In this document: piece by piece, positions 26,073-33,159 of the stretch
Layout: every line of letters starts with the position of its first letter
How positions within the stretch are numbered: position 1 is the first letter of the stretch
Assembly: GCA_947036475.1 (NCBI GenBank)
Contig: CAMQRG010000001.1
Coordinates: 1 to 33,159, forward strand
Source of the DNA: an uncultured Clostridia bacterium
GTDB taxonomy: Bacteria; Bacillota; Clostridia; Lachnospirales; Anaerotignaceae
DNA: 33,159 nucleotides
Direction of reading: 5' to 3'
Made by a program: the position numbers and the translations under genes
Notes under the pieces: model-generated
What the model saw: the letters and a program-made list of their open reading frames with translations, nothing else
The model's database searches: none
What the model was told of the DNA's origin: nothing

Positions 26073-26939
26073 ATGAAATGGAGCAAAAGATTTTTAGCAG
26101 TAGCGGCGGCTATGACAATGGCGTTCACAGCAGCAGGCTGCGGCGGCGGCGACAACAGCGGCAATGCGGGCGGTTCTGATTCCGCAGACGTAGAAGCACT
26201 TTTGACAAAGGCTCAGGAAACAATGGCCGGCGTAGAAAGCATGGCAACAGAAATGAACATGGAAATCAGCATGGCAATGGGCGAGGAAAGCATGGATATG
26301 ATTACAAATGCAAAAATCCTCTCAGTAAACGAGCCTTTGAAGATGCAGATGGATATGTCCGTGGATATGGGCGAAATGGGCAGTCAGGATATGCAGATGT
26401 TTGCAGAAGAAAAAGACGGCCAGTTCGTTACATATATCAATATGGACGGCGCATGGTATGCACAGTCTGCAACAGCTGAGTCCCTTGCACAGTATGGCGC
26501 AAACAGCAACATGGACCTGTACCTGAAAAACATTGCCGATTTCAGCAAAACAGGCGAAGAAGATGTGAACGGCAAAACAGCCTCCAAGATTGAAGGCGTG
26601 CTGACAGGCGATGCCATGAAAGAAGCAATCCAGGACAGCGGTGCTCTGAGTTCCGTAGAAAGCATGGGCCTGAGCGCAGACGATATGGAAGCGCTTTATT
26701 CCAGCGACCTGCCTCTGACAATGTGGATTGATGCAGACGGCTATGTTGTAAAATACGAAATGGACATGACAGCTATGATGCAGACTGTTATGGATCAGGC
26801 AATGGCAAGCGCAGGCGCAGAGGCGGGCGATGCAAAAATCGAAATCAGCAAAACAGCAGTCAGCATGATTTGCAAGGACTTCAACGCAGTTGAAGTTGAA
26901 ATCCCTGCAGAAGCAGCAAACGCAACTGTAATCGGATAA
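26073..26939 (+). CDS. Lipoprotein, DUF6612 / LppX-LolA-like fold
   Basis: Lipobox AAGC; Met-rich beta strands; GEEDVNGK and LTMWID.DGYV patterns; C-terminal DFNAVEVEIP.EA. Confidence 0.75.
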   Translation: MKWSKRFLAVAAAMTMAFTAAGCGGGDNSGNAGGSDSADVEALLTKAQETMAGVESMATEMNMEISMAMGEESMDMITNAKILSVNEPLKMQMDMSVDMGEMGSQDMQMFAEEKDGQFVTYINMDGAWYAQSATAESLAQYGANSNMDLYLKNIADFSKTGEEDVNGKTASKIEGVLTGDAMKEAIQDSGALSSVESMGLSADDMEALYSSDLPLTMWIDADGYVVKYEMDMTAMMQTVMDQAMASAGAEAGDAKIEISKTAVSMICKDFNAVEVEIPAEAANATVIG

Positions 26940-26968
26940 AAACCAGCCTTTATAAACAGGCGTATCAC

Positions 26969-27003
26969 CGGGAAGGTTCTTTCAGAACCTTCCCGATTTT
27001 TTT
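26969..27003 (+). terminator. Intrinsic terminator
   Basis: Perfect 12-bp stem CGGGAAGGTTCT / AGAACCTTCCCG followed by a T7 run. Confidence 0.9.
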
Positions 27004-27070
27004 ATCCGGCAGAAAATTCCTGCCGTTTTTCTGTTTCACAGGGCTTTTTCCGCAAGCGGCGGAATGCGGC

Positions 27071-27099
27071 TTGAAGAAACAGCGCGCTTATGGTAAAAT
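27071..27099 (+). promoter_or_regulatory. sigma-A promoter for the DMT-ribokinase operon
   Basis: TTGAAG-17 nt-TAAAAT with an extended -10 TG. Confidence 0.6.
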
Positions 27100-27136
27100 T
27101 GCCAAAACAGAGAAGAAAAATCGGGAGGAAAAGAAC

Positions 27137-27559
27137 GTGTATTTTTTATTTTTGATTTTATCAGGCATTTTTCAGGGGCTTATGGTATCCCTGAACGGCC
27201 AGCTGGGAAACTATTACAGCCTTTTCGGTATCTGCTTTTTCGTGCATGCCATTGCAGCAGTGCTTTTGGTGCTGTATATCAAAGGAAAGGAAAAAAAGCC
27301 GCTCTCCTTTCGGGGCGCGCCGCCGTATGTATTTCTGGTAGGCTTTATGGGTGTTGCGATGGTTTCCAGCAGCAGCTGGTGTACGCTGCGCATCGGCGCA
27401 ACGGCAATGCTCAGTCTTTCTGTCATCGGGCAGATGATATCCTCCGCTTTGGTGGATCATTACGGCTGGTTCGGTACGGAAAAAAAGCCGTTCCGTTTGA
27501 AGCAGCTTCCCTGCTACGCGCTTGTAATGGCAGGGATTTTTCTGGTCGTGCAGGGATAA
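27137..27559 (+). CDS. YdcZ/DUF606-family DMT transporter subunit
   Basis: Five TM segments; SLNGQLG and GQMISSALVDHYGWFG motifs; GTG start with GGGAGG RBS. Confidence 0.88.
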   Translation: MYFLFLILSGIFQGLMVSLNGQLGNYYSLFGICFFVHAIAAVLLVLYIKGKEKKPLSFRGAPPYVFLVGFMGVAMVSSSSWCTLRIGATAMLSLSVIGQMISSALVDHYGWFGTEKKPFRLKQLPCYALVMAGIFLVVQG

Positions 27560-27572
27560 GGAGGCGTAAGCA

Positions 27573-28058
27573 ATGGTATTTTATATTACGGCAGTTGCCA
27601 ATGGTTTCTTAAATACAATCAACAAAATGGTGAATGTAAAAGCAGGGGAATGTCTTGGGACGGCACGCGGCGCGCTGGTGAATTATATCGAAGCGTCTGT
27701 AATTGCGTTCTGCCTGATATTCATAACGGGCAATGGTGCGGAACTGGATTTTTCCCATATTCGTGAAGTACCGCTGTTGTTTTACATGGGCAGCGTCTGC
27801 GGGCTTGTTGCAATGATATTTCTGATTATAGGGACAAGCCACAGCGGCGCGATGACCTCTACCGTACTGGTGCTGATGGGTCAGCTGGGAATTGCCATTG
27901 TGTTGGATTATGTGTTTTTCGGCGAATTCAGCCTTGCAAAAATCGCCGGAATATTTCTGATATTGGCAGGCATCGCATGGAAGGAGCGTCAGAGCGGCGC
28001 GGAACGGCAGGAACGCATTCGCAGCGCGCTGTCCGAGGAAAAGGAGGGAGAAGCATGA
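27573..28058 (+). CDS. YdcZ/DUF606-family DMT transporter subunit
   Basis: Five TM segments; GQLGIAIVLDY motif; paralogous to the previous gene. Confidence 0.82.
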   Translation: MVFYITAVANGFLNTINKMVNVKAGECLGTARGALVNYIEASVIAFCLIFITGNGAELDFSHIREVPLLFYMGSVCGLVAMIFLIIGTSHSGAMTSTVLVLMGQLGIAIVLDYVFFGEFSLAKIAGIFLILAGIAWKERQSGAERQERIRSALSEEKEGEA

Positions 28059-28984
28059 AACTGCTGAATTTTGGTTCTTTGAATAAGGATTATGTATATG
28101 ATGTGGAGCATTTTGTGCAGCCGGGCGAAACGATGTCCTCCCTTGGGCTGTTTATCAACTGCGGAGGCAAAGGGCTGAACCAGTCCATTGCGGCGGCAAA
28201 AGCAGGGATACCTGTGCACCACGCGGGCATCATAGGCGTGGACGGCGGCATTTTGGAGGACAAGCTGCGGGAAAACGGCGTGGACGTTTCCCTTCTGCAG
28301 CGGGCAGACTCCCCGAACGGACACGCCATCATACAGGTGGACAAAAACGGGCAGAACTGTATACTTCTATACGGCGGCACAAACCGCATGCTGACAAAGG
28401 AATACATCAACCACACACTGGACGCATTTGCAGGCGAAAAAGATATTTTGGTACTTTTGCAGAATGAAACAAACCTTGCAGGCTATATTATGGAGGAGGC
28501 ACACCGGCGCGGCATGCAGACTGCCCTGAACGCTGCCCCGATGAACAAAGACGTTCTGGGCTATCCTCTGGAACTGCTGGACTGGCTCATCGTCAACGAA
28601 GTGGAGGGGAGGCAGATTGCCGGCTGTGAAACAGACGAGGAAATTCTGCCGTTTCTGCGGGAGAAATACCCGAATTGCGGGATACTGCTGACACTGGGCA
28701 GCCGCGGAGCGTGCTGCGTCCGCGGAGAAGAAGAATACCGCATCGGCTGTTTTCATGTGGACGCAGTAGATACGACAGCGGCAGGAGATACCTTCAGCGG
28801 ATATTTCCTGTATTCCATATATGAGGAAAATAACATTCCAAACGCTCTGCTTCTGGCAAGCGCGGCAAGCGCGCTGGCAATCGGGCGCAAAGGCGCGTCA
28901 GATTCCGTCCCGCTGAAAGCGGAGGTAGAAGAAGCGCTACGGAATGGTACGCTGGGAGAATTACATGCCGTAAAGATAAGATGA
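28055..28984 (+). CDS. rbsK: PfkB-family kinase, ribokinase-like
   Basis: GSLNKD, GGKGLNQSIA, LQNE, VNEVE and DTTAAGDTF motifs; ATGA overlap with the upstream DMT gene. Confidence 0.88.
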   Translation: MKLLNFGSLNKDYVYDVEHFVQPGETMSSLGLFINCGGKGLNQSIAAAKAGIPVHHAGIIGVDGGILEDKLRENGVDVSLLQRADSPNGHAIIQVDKNGQNCILLYGGTNRMLTKEYINHTLDAFAGEKDILVLLQNETNLAGYIMEEAHRRGMQTALNAAPMNKDVLGYPLELLDWLIVNEVEGRQIAGCETDEEILPFLREKYPNCGILLTLGSRGACCVRGEEEYRIGCFHVDAVDTTAAGDTFSGYFLYSIYEENNIPNALLLASAASALAIGRKGASDSVPLKAEVEEALRNGTLGELHAVKIR

Positions 28985-29003
28985 AAAGACAAGGGGGAAA
29001 ATC

Positions 29004-29594
29004 ATGAAAAACGTATTGTATGTCGACTGTTGTATCCGTCGGGAAGGCTCTCGCACAAAGGAACTGGCAGAGCATTTCCTGAAAGAACTGGAAAAAACGG
29101 GGGAATATGCCATCACAAGGCTTGTCCTGATGGACGAAGGGCTGAACTTTATGACGGAAGGCTTTTTCCGCCAGAGGGACGAACTGCTTGCCGAAAAGAA
29201 TTTCGCACACCCCAGATTCTGCTACGCGCACCAGTTTGCAGAGGCGGATAAAATCGTTATTGCCGCACCCTTCTGGGATTTAAGTTTCCCCGCGCTGTTG
29301 AAGGTATACATCGAAAATCTCTGCGTAGAGGGAATCACATTCAAAACGGGCGAACATGGTCTGGAAGGGCTCTGCAGGGCTGACCACATGGTCTACCTGA
29401 CGACACGCGGCGGCTGTTATGCAGATACACCGCTGGAAATGGGTTCCCGCTACATGGCGGCAATGGCTGAATTTTTCGGCATCAAACATTATGACTGCAT
29501 CGCGGCGGAAGGGCTGGATATCGGGCTTGTGCCTGTGGCAGAATTACTGAACGCGGCAAAAAAAGAAGCGGAAGAAGCCGTAAAAACATTCTAG
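29004..29594 (+). CDS. FMN-dependent NADH-azoreductase / flavodoxin_2 family
   Basis: SRTKELA, ADKIVIAAPFWDLSFPALLKVYIE and TTRGG motifs. Confidence 0.88.
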   Translation: MKNVLYVDCCIRREGSRTKELAEHFLKELEKTGEYAITRLVLMDEGLNFMTEGFFRQRDELLAEKNFAHPRFCYAHQFAEADKIVIAAPFWDLSFPALLKVYIENLCVEGITFKTGEHGLEGLCRADHMVYLTTRGGCYADTPLEMGSRYMAAMAEFFGIKHYDCIAAEGLDIGLVPVAELLNAAKKEAEEAVKTF

Positions 29595-29606
29595 GAGGAA
29601 AACGCA

Positions 29607-30662
29607 TTGCAGAAAACAATGAAAGCCGCTGTCTGGCAGGGAAAAGGCAAAGTCGTACTTGAAGACAGACCAGTCCCCATGATACAGGAACCGACTGACG
29701 CCATCGTTCGGGTAACGCGCTCCTCCATCTGCTCCAGCGACCTGCATATCATACATGGCACAGTACCGCGGGCGCGGGAAAACGTTATACTGGGGCACGA
29801 ATTTACGGGAGAAATCGTGGAAACCGGTGCTGGTGTAAAGCACTTCCACGTGGGTGACCGCGTATCCGTCAATGTAGAAACCTTCTGCGGGGAATGTTAT
29901 TTCTGCAAGAGGGGTTACGTGAATAACTGTATTCATGGCGGCTGGGAGTTGGGCTGCCGCATTGACGGCGGACAGGCGGAATTTGCGCGTATTCCCATAG
30001 CGGATCAGGGGCTGACGCGTATCCCTGACGGCGTTTCTGACGAAGCCGCATTGTTTAATGGCGATATTCTGGCAACGGGTTACTGGGCGGCGTCCATTGC
30101 AGAAATAAAACCTGCCGATACGGCTGTGGTAATTGGCGCAGGCCCGACCGGACTTTGTACAATGATGTGCGCAAGGCTTTACAGCCCTGCAAAAATCATT
30201 GCAATAGATACAAATACGGAACGGCTTGCTCTTGCAAATGCTAAAGGTCTGGCAGATATCCTGCTGAATCCAGAAGAAACGGACGTTGTACAGGAAATAC
30301 TGCGGCTGACGGACGGCAGGGGCGCGGACAGAGTGTTTGAAGCGGCCGGAGGGAAAAATACCTTCCAAATGGCATGGCAGGCCGCAAGGCCAAATGCGGT
30401 TGTCGTGCCTGTCGCACTCTATCCGGAGGCGCAGACACTTCCCCTGCATACCATGTACGGAAAAAACCTGACGTTCAAAACAGGCGGCGTAGACGCAAAC
30501 GCATGTGCAGAAATCATGGAACTGGTGCGCTGCGGGAAACTCGACACAAGCCCCCTGATTACTCACCGCGCGCCGCTGAACGATATTTCAGAAGGCTACC
30601 GCATATTTGAAAACAAAGCGGACGGGTGCGTCAAATGGGTTGTTACGCCGTTTGAGAGATAA
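29607..30662 (+). CDS. Zinc-dependent alcohol dehydrogenase (MDR family)
   Basis: ICSSDLH, GHEFTG, CGECYFC.......C and GAGPTG motifs; TTG start with AGGAGG RBS. Confidence 0.93.
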   Translation: MQKTMKAAVWQGKGKVVLEDRPVPMIQEPTDAIVRVTRSSICSSDLHIIHGTVPRARENVILGHEFTGEIVETGAGVKHFHVGDRVSVNVETFCGECYFCKRGYVNNCIHGGWELGCRIDGGQAEFARIPIADQGLTRIPDGVSDEAALFNGDILATGYWAASIAEIKPADTAVVIGAGPTGLCTMMCARLYSPAKIIAIDTNTERLALANAKGLADILLNPEETDVVQEILRLTDGRGADRVFEAAGGKNTFQMAWQAARPNAVVVPVALYPEAQTLPLHTMYGKNLTFKTGGVDANACAEIMELVRCGKLDTSPLITHRAPLNDISEGYRIFENKADGCVKWVVTPFER

Positions 30663-30693
30663 CGGCATACAGTAAAAATGCGAGGTGGAAACA

Positions 30694-31860
30694 ATGGAGC
30701 ATACGGAATGGAAACATGGGCTGTTGATTGCTGTCAACCGTCCAAAGGAACAGGCAAAAGGCATCTGCCGCCTGACGCACGCCGGAATGGCGGCAGATGT
30801 GGAGGATATCGGCTGGCTGGATAAAACGAGACTGGACAGCCGCGCAGATGGGCTTTCGGCAGAGATGCGGACTTTGCTGGAAAAAAGCATTGCCAGCAGA
30901 ACGGCTTCGCTCGTAAATACGGCGCATGGCTCTCTGGAGGAATGGAAAGTCCGTCTGGAACGCAAAATCCCGCAGAAAAAACGGGTACACCTGCTTGCGC
31001 TGGGCGATGTAGGCAGTACCGTTCTGACCGTCCTGAAACTGCTGGGCGGGGACTGCATCAGTGCTCTGGGGATTTATGATGTCAACGAAACTGTCTGCCA
31101 GCGTTGGGAATGTGAGTTGAATCAGGCCGCTTACCCATGGGAGTATGACGCACTGCCTCCCGTTGAAATTCTGCGGGAGGAAAACCTTTTTGCGTGCGAT
31201 GTGTTTGTGTTCTGCGCGTCAAAAGGCATACCGCCCGTTGGTTCCGGCGTACAGGACGTACGCATGGCACAGTATGAAGCCAATAAAAGTATTATCTCAC
31301 ATTTTGCGAAAAAAGCGGCAGAAAGCCATTTTCGGGGTTTGTTTGCCGTTGTTTCCGACCCTGTTGACCCACTCTGCAGGGCTGCGCTTCGGGCGGCAGG
31401 CGGCGCGCTCCTTCCGGAACAGATACAGGGCTACGGGCTGGGCGTAATGAACGCGCGCGCAGCATATTACGCGAAAAAAGACGCACGTTTTTCCTCTTTC
31501 CTGAAAGAAGGAAGGGCATACGGTCCGCATGGGGCGGATTTGGTAATTGCCAACAGCATCGCACAGTATAACGATGCTCTTTCGCGGGAACTGACGCAGC
31601 TTGCTGTCGAAGCAAACATGCGGACGCGGGAACTGGGCTTCAAGCCGTATATCGCCCCTGCAATCTCCTCGGCAGCCATTTCCCTTCTGCTCACTCTGCG
31701 GGGTGAATGGCATTACAGTTCAAATTTCCTCGGCGGCATATACATGGGCTGCAAAAACCGTTCTACCCTGTTCGGACTGGAAACGGAAGTCCTTCCCCTG
31801 CCGGAACCGCTTTTCGCGCGGATACGGCAGGCCGCTGAAAATCTGGAGGCGATACAATGA
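30694..31860 (+). CDS. Lactate/malate dehydrogenase-fold protein with N-terminal extension and altered active site
   Basis: ALGDVGS, DVRMAQYEAN, VVSDPVD, GVMNARA and GPHG are colinear with LDH motifs. Confidence 0.8.
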   Translation: MEHTEWKHGLLIAVNRPKEQAKGICRLTHAGMAADVEDIGWLDKTRLDSRADGLSAEMRTLLEKSIASRTASLVNTAHGSLEEWKVRLERKIPQKKRVHLLALGDVGSTVLTVLKLLGGDCISALGIYDVNETVCQRWECELNQAAYPWEYDALPPVEILREENLFACDVFVFCASKGIPPVGSGVQDVRMAQYEANKSIISHFAKKAAESHFRGLFAVVSDPVDPLCRAALRAAGGALLPEQIQGYGLGVMNARAAYYAKKDARFSSFLKEGRAYGPHGADLVIANSIAQYNDALSRELTQLAVEANMRTRELGFKPYIAPAISSAAISLLLTLRGEWHYSSNFLGGIYMGCKNRSTLFGLETEVLPLPEPLFARIRQAAENLEAIQ

Positions 31861-32912
31861 AAAAAAAGCTGACGCTTGTTTATCCCCACTGCGAGGACGC
31901 AAAACGGACGGAACGACTGAACGGCGTACTGCAAAGCATTCTGGACGGATACGACTGTACCGTCATGCGATACGCAGAGGATTTCGTACCCATACAGGGA
32001 GGGGCAGTTCTCTTTGCCGTACCGCTCGGCATTTCAGGCATCAATCTGGAATACTGCCGGTTTCTGAAAATACTGCGGATGCAGCCGGATATGCTTACAG
32101 GTTGTGTCGGCGGAATCATTGTAGACGGAGAAAGTGAACTGTATACAAAGGCAGTTTCGCGGGAGCTGATGTTTACCGCCAATCAGGCAGGCTGTGCGTT
32201 CCCGGGCCGCGCAATGGTAGAAGGGACAGTTTCTTTGCAGAATTTCAACATACAGGCAATGAAACTGGAAACGGATAATCTTTCGGCGTACCATATTGCG
32301 GCGGCAGAAATGCTGGAACGCGTCACAAGCTATCAGGTCAGGCCGAAGAAACCCCCGAATATCCTTGTACTCCACGCCAGCAATTTCAAGACCTCGAACA
32401 CAGTCGCACTCTGGAATATGGTAAAAGAAGGGCTTGCGGACTGTGAGATTACGGAAATTTCCCTGCGCAACGGCACGATACAGGACTGCGGCGGCTGTCC
32501 GTACCATATGTGTATGCATTTCAGCGAAAAATCCAGCTGTTATTATGGCGGTGTCATTGTGGAACAGGTCTACCCTGCCATACAGGCGTGTGACGCGCTC
32601 GTCCTGCTCTGCCCGAATTATAACGACGCGCTGAGCGCAAACCTCACCGCCTTTGTCAACCGTCTGACCGCTCTGTTCCGCAAAACAGCATTTTACGAAA
32701 AGAGCGTGTTCGCGGTCGTGGTTTCGGGGTACAGCGGCGGGGATATCGTAGCAGAACAGATTATCAGCGCTCTGAGCATGAATAAGACCTTCCGTCTGCC
32801 GCCAGGTTTCGCTATGGTGGAAACAGCAAACGACCCGCTGAGTATCCTCAAAGTGGAAGGGATACAGGAACGCGCCGCAGCGTTCGCAGAACGGATACGA
32901 AAATATATATAA
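31857..32912 (+). CDS. Two-domain flavodoxin-like / iron-sulfur flavoprotein (NAD(P)H-dependent FMN reductase family)
   Basis: C-terminal domain has SNT..L, CGGCPYHMCMHFSEKSSC and CPNYNDALSANL; N-terminal half is a second flavodoxin-like domain; ATGA overlap. Confidence 0.82.
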   Translation: MKKKLTLVYPHCEDAKRTERLNGVLQSILDGYDCTVMRYAEDFVPIQGGAVLFAVPLGISGINLEYCRFLKILRMQPDMLTGCVGGIIVDGESELYTKAVSRELMFTANQAGCAFPGRAMVEGTVSLQNFNIQAMKLETDNLSAYHIAAAEMLERVTSYQVRPKKPPNILVLHASNFKTSNTVALWNMVKEGLADCEITEISLRNGTIQDCGGCPYHMCMHFSEKSSCYYGGVIVEQVYPAIQACDALVLLCPNYNDALSANLTAFVNRLTALFRKTAFYEKSVFAVVVSGYSGGDIVAEQIISALSMNKTFRLPPGFAMVETANDPLSILKVEGIQERAAAFAERIRKYI

Positions 32913-32940
32913 AAGACCATGGGGCAACAGCTGTCAGCGT

Positions 32941-32988
32941 TTGACTTAAGAAACCAAACCAAAAGTAAAATTTGTTTTCTTAAGTCAA
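32941..32988. repeat. Inverted repeat with 13-bp perfect arms
   Basis: TTGACTTAAGAAA...TTTCTTAAGTCAA, extendable by CAAA/TTTG after one mismatch. Confidence 0.7.
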
Positions 32989-33031
32989 GCCGCCTTTGAG
33001 CGTTATCCTTATCGGAGTTATCAGGCTTCAG

Positions 33032-33061
33032 AAAACCCGGAGAGTTTTCTCTCCGGGTTTT
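33032..33061. terminator. Bidirectional intrinsic terminator
   Basis: AAAACCCGGAGAG-TTTT-CTCTCCGGGTTTT between convergent genes. Confidence 0.85.
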
Positions 33062-33064
33062 GTA

Positions 33065-33159
33065 TTACATTCCGTACACCATTTTCTTTTTCTGCTGCAT
33101 GGCCTTCGGCTGTTCGAAGGTATACTCGATTTCAATCAAATTTCCTTCCGTTCTGGAAT
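33065..33159 (-). CDS. 3' end of an unidentified gene entering from the right edge
   Basis: Open frame ...SRTEGNLIEIEYTFEQPKAMQQKKKMVYGM-TAA ending just before the terminator. Confidence 0.5.
   Translation of the reverse strand, partial: SRTEGNLIEIEYTFEQPKAMQQKKKMVYGM

Overview
Chromosomal window of a spore-forming Clostridia-class Firmicute, plausibly Lachnospirales/Anaerotignum-like (inferred from gene content only). Core genes: hemW, the CIRCE-controlled hrcA-grpE-dnaK-dnaJ operon, rsmD-coaD, ylbJ and a COG2509-type FAD oxidoreductase. Accessory blocks lie between them. (i) At the left edge is an MvaI/BcnI-family restriction endonuclease missed by the ORF track, next to two lipoproteins. 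(ii) A DHFR-like ORF is coupled to a surface nuclease. (iii) An ECF sigma/ZAS anti-sigma operon carries what looks like a stand-alone FliG C-terminal domain protein and converges on a membrane diguanylate cyclase. (iv) A MoxR-DUF58 pair. (v) A seven-gene run: two YdcZ-type DMT transporters, ribokinase, azoreductase, Zn-ADH, an LDH-fold enzyme with an altered active site, and an Fe-S flavoprotein. The most striking non-coding signal is a ~200-220 bp element present twice inside the dnaK operon; it has six hairpins whose stems covary between the copies and inverted terminal arms. No tRNA, rRNA, CRISPR array or transposase was recognised. All family calls come from motifs read by eye; no searches were run.
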